Shown here piece by piece: positions 37,106 through 48,970 of a stretch of DNA of 64,000 bases; within the stretch, counting starts at the first letter, position 1, and each line of letters begins with the position of its first letter. This DNA is from Antedon mediterranea (taxonomy: Eukaryota; Animalia; Echinodermata): NCBI RefSeq assembly GCF_964355755.1, contig NC_092673.1, positions 6,324,001 to 6,388,000 of the forward strand, in the 5' to 3' direction. The translations under genes were made by a program, and so were the position numbers. The notes beneath the pieces were generated by a model. That model did no database searches and was not told the origin of the DNA. It saw only the letters and a list, made by a program, of their open reading frames with translations.

Positions 37106-38000
37106 ACTACATGGGTGGATTTGACAGTTTCGACGACATTTGCTGCCGTTTTCTACACTAGCGGTTTTGAACAGGGACTAGTGTAAAGGAAATGCCACAA
37201 GTTGTGTTTTTTTATTTTTTTTTATTTATTGTTTTGTGTACTAAAGTGGCAGCATAATCAGTATTTATTTTTACCAGATGTCCAGCAAGGGTAATGTCCC
37301 ATAACTCAGGCCACAATTGTCAGGTCAACCTCAAAACAGCGGCTCTCGGGAGATATTAATTACCGGTAGTCGTGTTAACTGTCATCTGTTATTTGTCAGG
37401 AGAAGGGGTGCGAACTTGCCATATCTCAAATTAAGATTACGCTTACCATGAATATGATTTCATTACAAGAATTATATACCACAGTATGTTACGTAATTTA
37501 ATTCTCTTATTTTAAAAAATAACTAAATAAATTAGTATATGATTCTAGTATAAGTATTATAAAAAATGTTTCTATTTAATATACAGGGAGCGGGGGTTGC
37601 CTCATAGCCTGAACGGTTTTAATACGAACTTATGTACTATAATATTATTTTACGTAGATTACTATTTAATATTATTTTATTTATTTAACAACATATTTAT
37701 ACAGGATTATACACAATCAAGTAGAAATATACTTGTTTTGCATTGTGGTCCTGTCGACAAAAACGGATACAAATTTAAATACAATTTCAATTAATATTAT
37801 AATATAATTTGAGATGAACGTATAATATGTAATAAAGAATAACTATATGATTATATTTTATACTCCTATCTGAATGTGCTATTTATTGTGTAATAGAACG
37901 ACTGAAGCGTTTACCAATAAGAGTATCTTCGAAATTTAATTTAATAAATGGCATTTCCCTCCAATAGTTTTTTTCTCTCATTTTTTTGTGTACTTGCCAC

Positions 38001-38430
38001 TGTAATAAATTACCATTCCCTAACCATGAACATTCTAGAATAAGATGTTTACATTTAAGACATCATGTATAATTAATATAATAACAATCAGGAACATTCC
38101 AGTATGCTATTAATAGAAACTGTAATCAAATAGAATAAGAAGTATAAAGAATGATATAGAAGGATAGGAACATCTTGTATATAAAGGGATGTAAAACTAT
38201 TGTCATGTTGTTGGATATTAGAGGTTGGATATTAGATTGTAAAAGTTATTGTGAAGCTGTTGTTTAAAATGCTTACTGGGTTGTTGAAAGTTGAAGTTGA
38301 TTGAAATTAAAGATTTGTTTTTGAGTTATTTTACAACTTTGTGAATTTGGTGTGTATACTTTTATGTCACAAGGGAGTTTCTAAAGTATTTTCAACCGCT
38401 CGGAAACATACGTAAAAGGAGTTCGTGACA
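38001..38430 (+). mobile_element. Solo LTR (430 bp)
   Basis: TGTAAT...GTGACA termini. Flanks GCCAC and TCCAC form a 5-bp TSD with one mismatch. TATAAA at ~38180 and ATTAAA at ~38306. Confidence 0.62.
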
Positions 38431-38655
38431 TCCACTTAAGGCACAAAGTTTAAATTATAGGCCTACACCTGACAAAACTGTTTGCTCTTTCTTCTAATCG
38501 GCAATTGGTTAAAACAAATGTAGCAAGAAGCTGATTGGCTCAATGTTTGTTCAAAACCTCCTACATTTAAAAAATCATTCACTTTGCTTGCAAAGTTCCA
38601 ATCACGGTGTTGTTCGTTACAATCTGCCTTCTTTCTATTTTTACTTATTATCATT

Positions 38656-41600
38656 ATGGCCGATCATGAGTTTGATGCCTTGAGAAACTATCTACAAAAC
38701 AACGTTTATCCTGTAAATTATTCTGAAATATTAAAACGAAGTTTGCGACGGAAAGCCAAGAACTTTACAATTCTTCGTGATATCTTGTATTACAAACAAC
38801 ATTCTGGTAGATTGTTGCGTGTATTGTTACCGAAAGAAAAAAACGAAGTGTTAAACAGTATCCATAAGCAGGCACATGGTGGTCACTTGGGTGTCAACAA
38901 AACGTAAGTTTAAAGTTTGTCAATTAAATAATATTTAAGCTTCGATAAGTTTCTGGGTGACTTTAAAACTGTTTATATGTTTGGCCAGGTGGAATGCCAT
39001 CCTGAGATGAGTATTAGTAATTAGTACAGCATTGTTTTTAAATGATTTTATACGTAATTTTACTTTCTGTGGACCACAGAATTCGAAACAAATGATTAAA
39101 TGAATGAATTAAATGAATAATAACTAATACTTATCAATTGAAAAATGTATAATGACCGTGTACATTATGAAGTAATATATAGATTCAAACATATTTTTAT
39201 ACCTCCATGAATGAAAAATATGTTAAGTCGATAATAATTTCTACTCAATATATTATCGCAATTAATTGTATAAATATATTGAAGTTGAACATAAAATATC
39301 ACATGTAAAAAATACAAAACATATATTGGCATTCAATAATTAATCAAAAATGTTCCGAATATGAGCACTGTTTCAATAATTTGACAGATTATTATTATAT
39401 AATTTACACAGTGCTACACAACGCATATATCTTTAGTTCAAAATTAAGATATCTCTTTTAATAAAGATAGATTATTTCAATTGAAAACTAAGATGTCTTA
39501 CTTTTTAAAAGAAATATCTATGTTAATAGATATTTTTTTGTAGGCTTATTACACCTCGAAAAACCAAGAAGAATACAGTACAACTAGCTCTATCTATAAT
39601 AGTAATGTTTTAGTTTTATAACAGTTCATATACGGTACTCTACACGTGCCCACTGCATAACTAACACAGAAAAAAATCCACTTGTGATATTCCGAATGGG
39701 ACAAGAATCTTCCATTCTAAATATCTTGGTAAGTAAGTAATATAGAGATATCCCTCATGAGAGATATCTTAGTTTTAAATAGTGATACAAATACTTCCCG
39801 AATGAAAACTTATTCAGGTCTTGGTATAATAAATATGTTCAATATTAGTTGCTCATTCATAATGCAAAAAGCCATATCAGTATTAACTTTCGTTCGTTTA
39901 AAATGTATACTTATGAAAGAAAACACAATTTGACAAAAAAAATGTAAGGAAGAAGACTTTTATTATGTAACTTTAAAGTGGATTATTACATTTTTTTTTA
40001 GGGAATACTTCTTTAAAAAAAACGCATTTTCAATAACAAAACTAGTTTCCAATCCCCCGGTAATGGAGTAAAACCACCTGCAGCTTATGTAATGAAAAAA
40101 ATTAACACCATGTAGAACGATCAACAACGAATGTAGGAACGAAAATTGCATCCCAGCTAATGTAGGACTATCGCCAGCTAATGTAGAAAATATATATTTT
40201 ACAAACCTAAATGTCTAAATCATGTGCAAATGCATCTGTTTACTTAGCTATCCATCTATCCACGTCTCGTAACCGACCAACTTTCTAAAACGACCACACA
40301 TCGTAAGCAACCAACTCTTTTAAGGGACCGTTTCTCATAATCGACTTCCTCTCTCGTAACGACAACTTTTTTGGGTGACCACCTCTATTAAACGGCCATC
40401 GTCTCTGTTAAGGGATCGCTTCCCATAATCGACCAACTATTGTAAGTGATCACATCCTCTCATTATGGACCGCTTCTCATAATCGACCACCTCTCGTAGT
40501 AAGCGACCACCTCTCTTAACAACCACAACTCTCGTAAGCGACCGCTTTATATTTTCGACCGCCTCTCGTAAGTGATGATCTCTTTTAGAAGACCACCATA
40601 TCTCTAAATGGACCGCTTCTCATAATATACCAACTCTTGTATAAATCACCTCTCTTAAGTGACCACTTCTAATAAACGACCTCTCTGTTAGGAGACCGCT
40701 TCTCATAATCGATCACATATCGTAAGCGACCACCTCCCTTATCGACCACATCTTTCGTAAGTGACCACCTATTTTAAAGGACCACTACCTCTCGCAATCT
40801 ACCATTGTGGCTCACTAAAAAGTACCCGGTTTCCTTAATAGGGTGTCCTCTACATTTTAAAAATAAATAAATTTAACCAGTATGTAGTGTTAAAACGTAT
40901 ATATTTCCCCTTGTTTATTTTAAAAAAAAAGTGGCGATTTTTATATCTACTCTGTCGCACATTCACCAAGCGTACACAATAATTCTAGTAGGACAATTAA
41001 TTATTTATACTTTTCAAGTTAGTTTTTTATTGCCTGAGTGAATTATTACCAGATTGAGGGCGTAGTTATTTTGTATGGGAGGCTGCACTCAATTTGAAGT
41101 TTATATGGGGGTATTTAGAATGTAAACACGGTACAATCAGGGAGATGTAAATCTCCCTGGTACAATGTGACACGGAATCATCACGGACTGATGGACATTT
41201 TTCATAGAAGGTATCTTTTCTCTTTTCAATATTCATTTATCATTGTCAAATAAAAAAACTAGAAACATAGATAAATATTAAAAGTTAATTAATCAGTTGT
41301 GCCCAGTGCTTGCCTTAAACGAAAAGTTAAAATATATGGAACGCCAAACTGTAATGTTATTATAATGCATTGATGAGAATGGTGATGTGAACTGCGGTAA
41401 TAAATAATAAATAATATTAAAAAACAAAATAAAATTAAAATATTTAAAGAATCCATAATACAGTTTTAAGGTCAATAGTAAACCTACAAAGAGATTGAAT
41501 ATCATCAATACAATAAACACATTTTTTTTTTTTTTTAACAGTTGGAAAAAGATACGCGAAAGGTATTATTGGAAGGGGTCATTTGATGGTGTTCGTAATT

Positions 41601-43858
41601 TTATAGCCGCCTGTGATCAGTGCCAACGGAAAGAAGTTTTAAAAAAAGCAAAAGTGCCACTTCAACCTATACCCGTAACAGATACTGCTTTCAGACAGAT
41701 CGGTATGGATATTGTTGGGCCTTTGGTAAAGACAGAAAATGGTAAGGTATCTCATGACAAATTACTGAAAAACAAAAATGCTGTGACTGGATAAAAAAGC
41801 TAAATCAAAACGTAAAAGTAAAAAGCAAGAAGACATGAATGAAATACGTTCAGAAAACTTTGTAATTCATTCTTCAGGGCCTAAAATTACAGTTAATAAT
41901 TAGTTCTGTTCGGCCTTTATTGTAATAGGGCTGAACTTAAATTTATTATTGTAAAGGCACAAGCGCAATTTCTGTGAGGTTTCTTGAAATTGTTAACTAA
42001 ACTAAAATTATGACAGTTCTCTTTTTTACACTGTCAACAAAAACTAGATTTACCAAGAATCAGATGCTCTTATTATTGTCACCGGATTTACATCGATTAT
42101 GGCTATACTGTAATAATCTTTATTTCTGCCTGTTTTAATTTGATCCAAACCATGACTGGGGTAATACTGTTCAGCGCATAGAGGTTTTACAACATTAGGC
42201 GCTATGTAAATCCACGATATTATTATTGTTCTTGTTCTTATTATATTTATTGATATTAATATTGTTATTATTATTGTTATTTCATTCGTACAGTTCGGGT
42301 GTTGTACATCTCATCATGACATTTTGACACTACTATTATTACGGCTTATTATATTATTATTTGCTGTGTTTCAGGTAATCGGTACTTACTTGTATTTACG
42401 GAGTACCTTACCAAATGGGTGGAAGCTGATGCAATTCCAGATAAATCTGCTAAAACAGTGCTGAGATCTTTTATTGATTTTGTCTGCAGACATGGAACAC
42501 CTTCTATATTGATTACAGACCAGGGTAGAGAGTTTTGTAATGAGCTGAATGACAGCTTCTGTAAGCTGATTGGGGTAGACCACAGAGTTGCCTCACCATA
42601 CCATCCTCAAACAGGCGGGCAAACGGAGCGCTTTAACAGAACACTTTGCACAATGCTTATGACGTTGACCAACGCAGACCAAAATGACTGGGATATACAA
42701 CTCCCATACGTGTTGTTTGCCTACAGAACATCCGAGCACAAGTCTACGAAATGTGACCCATTCTCATTAGTTTACGGTAGAAAGGCTGTGTTGCCTGTAG
42801 AATTACGTATTCCCATCGTTTCGTCTAATAAAGATGACATATCCGGAACTGTTCCTTTAAAAATAAGAGTGAACGCTTTTTTGAAACTCAAAGATTCAAG
42901 GAGAAAGGCATCAGAAAATATCAAAAAAGCACAGAAAAAGCAAAAACATTATCATGATGCTGGTGTTAAAAGCAACACGTACTATGCAGGAGATCAAGTG
43001 CTCTTGCAGAATTCCAGAAATTTGTCAAGAAAGGGAGGCAAACTTAATGCTCGATGGACTGGTCCATATATTATAGAAAAAGTCCTCACTCACAATACAT
43101 ATCGACTAAAAGGAAGAAGGGCTATTGTTAACGGAAACAAGATCAGACATTACAAGTCCGATAAAACAACCTCTTTGAACTGTCCATCATCAAGCACTAA
43201 ACAGAAATGTAATACCAATGATAAGCATCTCCCTCCAAAGAAACGAAAGCGAACGCCAGACATCCCACCTGAAGTAACGCACCATGATAACATACCTACA
43301 TCCAAGAATGGTGATATCACACCGGATGATCACATTATTAACATACCTACATCCAAGAATGTTGATGATAACGATAACAGACCTACATCCAAGAATTATG
43401 ATATCACACCGGATGATCACATTAACATACCTACATCCAAGAACGATGATATCACACTGGATAATCACGATAACATACCTACATTAGACAATGATAATGT
43501 CGCACCGGATGATGACCATGACAACAGTAGGCCTGTATCTGATAGTGATGTGGTATACCTCAACACGAAAACTTCAAGAAAGTTATTCTTTCCTGTCGAT
43601 GCCAATTGGCAGCTTGAAAAGGCAGCACCATTTGGTATCAATGTCAAAAATTTTCACAAAACTCACTTAAAATGTGAAATGGACAAGGCAGCCAGGCCTA
43701 CTAAAGTTGTTAATATGAGAGGGGACGGCAACTGTCTTTTTAGGGCTTTGAGTTATATTCTCTTTGGTGTCCAGAACTACCATGTAGTTGTACGGGATTA
43801 CATACTAAACTATATGTCCATGAACAAAAACCTATTTGAAAAAATTGAATCTTTGTGA
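38656..43858 (+). CDS. Ginger1-type transposase/integrase (643 aa, 3 exons) with C-terminal partial OTU-like domain
   Basis: Exons 38656-38903, 41542-41741 and 42375-43858 (1932 nt, phases 2 and 1, GT-AG). N-terminal YL..VYP...LYY motif. H2C2 zinc finger (H..AHGGHLG...CDQC). DDE triad GMDIVG / ITDQG / QTERFN. GPY motif. DNIPTSKN.DITPDDH repeats. MRGDGNCLFRALS is an OTU Cys box; no His box before the stop. Confidence 0.88.
40060..40805. repeat. Half-copy of the GACCACCTCT foldback family in Ginger intron 1
   Basis: Shares AGCTAATGTAG, CATGTGCAAATGCAT, GCTATCCATCTATCCACGTCTCGTAA and the GACCACCTCT arrays with 36130-36640. Confidence 0.8.
42145..42285 (+). mobile_element. L2-type LINE/SINE 3' tail in Ginger intron 2
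   Basis: CAGCGCATAGAG...AGGCGCTATGTAAAT followed by (TAT)n-like repeats, the usual L2-clade 3' stem-loop and tail pattern. Confidence 0.45.
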
Positions 43859-43879
43859 CATGGAACATTTCCCGGAAAG

Positions 43880-44341
43880 GATTCATCAGAGCAACAATGA
43901 AGTACCTGGACAATTATATGTTGATTCATACAACGTCACTCTTTAACTGTAGGCCTACCTATGACCGGTAATCTCAACATACACAGAAGCATTAAATGGT
44001 GAAAAGGGTATTTGTTTACCTTATAGAGGTAAGTTTCGTTAATGCTTTGATTTTTTACAGGTGCTTCCGTCAAGAGGAGATTGTCGGCTTTGTCTGAAAC
44101 TCATCGACGAAGAAATACCAATTGCATTTGTCGGACCAGAAAGAAGAACATAGATTCACCACAGCGGCTAATTAAAGCGTCACCATCTTTCATTGAATCA
44201 ACGGAAGACGAATATCTGAGCATAAGTACGTCAAAGGCTCAAGGGGTCTAATGGCAGGTAACAACAGATCAAATACAGTGTGTCCAGTGTAAACATGCAA
44301 TGATGTGTCATGCGCCCTGCTTTGATCGCTACAAGGATTAA
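43880..44341 (+). pseudogene. Degraded piggyBac-like transposase C-terminal remnant
   Basis: With one frameshift, ~43985-44028 reads RSIKW(W)KRVFVYLIE|gtaagt. ~44264-44341 reads TDQIQCVQCKHAMMCHAPCFDRYKD*, a CxxC...C..PCF..Y motif like the piggyBac cysteine-rich domain. Confidence 0.5.
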
Positions 44342-44565
44342 AAAATTAATTAAAAAGCAGATTGTATAAAAGAATAACGCGACTAAAGGTCCGGTAAGGT
44401 AAAAGTACGTGAATTAGATTGTAACTAGTGTTTATTTTTATTGTATTTTTATGTTTAAAAAACTTTTTCATATTTACAACTCATATGATTCTGTTTCATA
44501 ATGTTATGCAATTTTCTTCTATAATATGTTTTCTTTGGTCAAAGGGGCACATACAAACGTGCAAC

Positions 44566-44630
44566 CTACCCTCGCTATGATCATCAACCTTGACGTGGTA
44601 GCGAGGCTTGCGTGCTTCCAATGTATTGGT
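44566..44630 (+). ncRNA. RTE-type 5' UTR fragment with an HDV-like ribozyme fold (probably degenerate)
   Basis: CCTCGCT pairs with AGCGAGG (P1). ACC-TTGACGT-GGT forms P3/L3. Followed by CTTGCGTG..CCAATG. Resembles recalled RTE 5' ends (ACCTTGTCGTGG...GGCTTGCGTG..CCAATGA). Confidence 0.45.
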
Positions 44631-45085
44631 AGCCAGACCAATGATGATCAATAACAAAGTAAAATAAATACAAACACACTTACTGAAACAAGTTTTAATA
44701 GCAATAAATAAATAAATAAATAAATATTTTTCTGTAACTATTGTTCATTATTATTACACTATTATTATTTTATCCTGTTAATATAAGTAATGATCAATGA
44801 TATATAATTTATGTTTACAAAACTCGTTCATATTTACAACTCATTCTGACAAGACAACAACATTTAATATTTTTGTAATTCACAATTCATACATTTATTT
44901 GTAATGTATTCATGAATTTGCTTTTCCTTCATCCAATCTACATAGTAGATATATGAAACTATTGTTCTAACCACGTGACTATGTAGCATAGAACATTAAT
45001 TCTAAACCGCCCGGTAATATACTGAAATTTAATTAATTAATTTGAAACGATAAAGATGAGGAAATCTGTGAGAATGAGTTAAAGT

Positions 45086-45156
45086 CGCCCCAACCGAGCT
45101 CGAACTCGGACCGCCTGCTTGATATGCAGATGTCCTAACCGTTAGACCACTGGGGC
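45086..45156 (-). tRNA. tRNA-like sequence (anticodon ATC), copy 1, likely pseudogene
   Basis: Reverse complement GCCCCAG TG GTCTAACGGTTAGGAC A TCTGC ATATCAA GCAGG CGGT CCGAG TTCGAG CTCGG TTGGGGC G. Acceptor, anticodon and T stems pair; the T-loop is 1 nt short. Confidence 0.55.
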
Positions 45157-45350
45157 TTTCACGGTTCGAACTCGATTGGATAGCGACTCTTTAACATTCT
45201 CGGCGTGGTACGGCGGAACAGCACTAGTCCTCAGTTGTAAACACAACAGGCATAGAAATAAATTCCAAACCGCCCGGTGATACACTGAAAATGATTTAAT
45301 TAATTTTTGAAACGATAAAGATGAGGAAATCTGAGAGAATGAGAAAAAGT

Positions 45351-45422
45351 CGCCCCAACCGAGGCTCGAACTCGGACCGTCGGCTTGATATGCAGTTGCC
45401 CTAACCATTAGACCACTGGGGC
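45351..45422 (-). tRNA. tRNA-like sequence (anticodon ATC), copy 2, likely pseudogene
   Basis: Same fold with a 7-nt T loop but a mismatched anticodon stem. Followed on the minus strand by ACTTTTT (Pol III terminator-like). Part of a ~265-bp tandem unit spanning ~45000-45490. Confidence 0.5.
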
Positions 45423-45496
45423 TTTCATGGTATTGTTCTTTAACTCGACCGGATAACGACCCTTTAACATTCTCGGCGTGGTACGGTTGGAACACA

Positions 45497-45531
<35 letters not shown>

Positions 45532-46344
45532 CAGTAACAAGTGTACATTATTGTAAATATAACAAATACATATATATTATATATATATATATATATGTAT
45601 ATGTATTTGTTATATTTACAATAATGTACACTTGTTACTGAACTATGGAGAATTTTTTTTTTCCGAAATAAAAGAAGAATGAATGAATGAATTTATTTTC
45701 AATCTTTCTACATAACAACAAATATATAGTATAACAGGGGAGTAGCGGAAAAGCAAAAGTAAAGTAAATTTGAACCAGCCAAACATGTATGAAACATTAT
45801 CCAGTAAGCACATTTTATAAGAAGCTTTTGTTTATTAAAATGGGTTTCTCTGAAATTCCAGAAGTTTATTAAACATTGAAAATAACACAATCGCCTTTAA
45901 ACAAAATGCTGTTCAAAAAAAGAATCGGTTGAAGCAAGCGTTCTTATAACATCCGATAAAATGAAGGTTCAATAAAGTAGCCCTATTAACAAATGTATGA
46001 GGTCTCAGGCCTATCCCATATTAATTATTTTTATAGATACATTAATTTTAAGATTCCAGATACCGAATTGTTGTTTTTTTACATAACAAGTCATTTTTTC
46101 TTTGAATATAAATTCTGATTTAAGGACAAAATACTAAAATAAATACTTACACCAAAGGTGCATAAAAACGTGTTGATGTGGCGCTATATCGATGTCATTA
46201 TCTTTGCATTCACCCTAGACGCACATAGTGTGACACCCCTACCATATTCTCGATGTGACGATCAATGTACCAATTAACATAATACTTCAGTAAAACTGAT
46301 TATGTTTTTTCAAGAGATCAGCTATATCGTGTTGATTATAAAAA

Positions 46345-48970
46345 GGTGCAACTTTTAATTGATTGGGGATTAAACAAGTAAACTATTTATTCTTCTTGTC
46401 TTTACTCGTACAAAATAATATAACGGTCGCTAATTGGAAGTGTTTAAACTAAAGTGATCTATAATTGGAAGAGGACCCGTACAATTACTTGTTTTTTATC
46501 ACATGATTATAAACTATTTATTCTTCTTGTCTTAACTAGTATTTATTCTTCTTGTCTTTATTCATACAAAATAATATAACGGTCGCTAAATGGAAGTGTC
46601 TTAAAGTAAAGTGACCTTTAATTGGAAAAGGACCAGTACAATTACTTATTTTTTATCACATGATTAAAATCTATTTATTCTTCTTGTCTGTACTCATACA
46701 AAATAATATAACGGTCGCTAATTGGAAGTGTCTTAAAGTAAAGTGATCTTTAATTGGAAGAGGACCAGTACAATTACTTGTTTTTTATCACATGATTAAA
46801 ATCTATTTATTCTTCTTGTCTGTACTCATACAAAATAATATAACGGTCGCTAAATGGAAGTGTCTTAAAGTAAAGTGATCTTTCATTGGAAGAGGACCAG
46901 TACAATTACTTGTTTTTTATCACATGATTAAAATCTATTTATTCTTCTAATTGTCTGTACTCATACAAAATAATATAACGGTCGCTAATTGGAGGTGTCT
47001 TACAGTAAAGTGACCTTTAATTGGAAGAGGACCAGTACAATTACTTATTTTATATCACATGATTATAAACTATTTATGCTTCTTGTTTTTATTCATAAAA
47101 AATAATATAACGGTCGCTAATTGGAAGTGTTTTAAAGTAAAGTGATCTTTCATTGGAAGAGGACCAGTACAATTACTTGTTTTTTATCACATGAATAAAA
47201 TCTATTCATTCTTCTTGTCTGTACTCATACAAAATAATATAACGGTCGCTAAATGGAAGTGTCTTACAGTAAAGTGACCTTTAATTGGAAGAGGACCAGT
47301 ACAATTACTTATTTTTTATCACATGATTAAAATCTATTTATTCTTCTTGTCTGTACTCATACAAAATAATATAACGGTCGCTAATTGGAAGAGGACCAGT
47401 ACAATTACTTGTTTTTTATCACATGATTAAAATCTATTTATTCTTCTTGTCTGTACTCATACAAAATAATATAACGGTCGCTAAATGGAAGTGTCTTAAA
47501 GTAAAGTGATCTTTCATTGGAAGAGGACCAGTACAATTACTTGTTTTTTATCACATGATTAAAATCTATTTATTCTTCTAATTGTCTGTACTCATACAAA
47601 ATAATATAACGGTCGCTAATTGGAGGTGTCTTACAGTAAAGTGACCTTTAATTGGAAGAGGACCAGTACAATTACTTATTTTATATCACATGATTATAAA
47701 CTATTTATGCTTCTTGTTTTTATTCATAAAAAATAATATAACGGTCGCTAATTGGAAGTGTCTTAAAGTAAAGTGATCTTTCATTGGAAGAGGACCAGTA
47801 CAATTACTTGTTTTTTATCACATGATTAAAATCTATTTATTCTTCTTGTCTGTACTCATACAAAATAATATAACGGTCGCTAATTGGAAGTGTCTTACAG
47901 TAAAGTGACCTTTAATTGGAAGAGTACCCGTACAATTACTTATTTTATATCACATGATTATAAACTATTTATTATTCTTGTCTTTATTCATACAAAATAA
48001 TATAACGGTCGCTAAATGGAAGTTTCTTGAAGTAAAGTGACCTTTAATTGGAAGAGGACCAGTACAATTACTTATTTTTTATCACATGATTAAAATCTAT
48101 TTATTCTTCTTGTCTGTACTCATACAAAATAATATAACGGTCGCTAATTGGAAGTGTCTTACAGTAAAGTGACCTTTAATTGGAAGAGGACCAGTACAAT
48201 TACTTGTTTTTTATCACATGATTAAAATCTATTTATTCTTCTTGTCTGTACTCATACAAAACAATATAACGGTCGCTAATTGGAAGTGTCTTAAAGTAAA
48301 GTGATCTTTAATTGAAAGAGGACCAGTACAATTACTTGTTTTTTGTCATATGATTAAAATCTATTTATTATTCTTGCCTTTATTCATACAAAATAATATA
48401 ACGGTCGCTAATTGGAAGTGTTTAAATTAAAGTGATCTTTAATTGGAAGAGGACCAGTACAATTGCTTGTTTTTTATCACATGATTAAAATCTATTTATT
48501 CTTCTTGTTTCTATTCATACAAAACAATAATAACGGTCGCTAATTGGAAGTGTTTAAATTTAAGTGATCTTTAATTGGAAGAGGACCAGTACAATTACTT
48601 GTTTTTTATCACATGATTATAAACTATTTATTATTCTTGTCTTTACTCATACAAAATAATAAAACGGTCGCTAATTGGAAGTGTTTAATTTTAAGTGATC
48701 TTTAATTGGAAGAGGACCAGTACAATTACTTGTTTTTTGTCACATGATTAAAAACTATTATTACTCTTGTCTTTACTCATACAAAACAATAAAAATGGTC
48801 GCTAATTGGAAGTGTCTAAACTAAAGTGTTCTTTAATTGGAAGAGGACCAGTATAATTACTTGTTTTTATTACATGATTATTATTATATTGTTATTTATT
48901 CTTCTTGTCTTTATTCATACCAAATAATATAATGGTCGCTAATTGGAGGTGTTTTAAGCCAAGTTATCTT
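46345..48970. repeat. 132-bp satellite array (~20 units)
   Basis: Unit CTATTTATTCTTCTTGTCTGTACTCATACAAAATAATATAACGGTCGCTAATTGGAAG...GGACCAGTACAATTACTTG...CACATGATTAAAAT. Period measured from 46671 to 46803. Confidence 0.95.

Noticed and set aside
37115-37165. Penelope-type hammerhead ribozyme on the minus strand
   Set aside because: A stem followed by CGAAAC is present, but the CUGANGA core reads TAGAAAA, which is too degenerate.
38584-43858. Gypsy LTR retrotransposon pol gene
   Set aside because: No gag, protease, RT or RNase H. The integrase has spliceosomal introns and an OTU-like tail, which fits Ginger.
46345-48970. CRISPR-like regular array
   Set aside because: Units are entirely repeated with no unique spacers, there are no cas genes, and the context is eukaryotic. 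It is a satellite.
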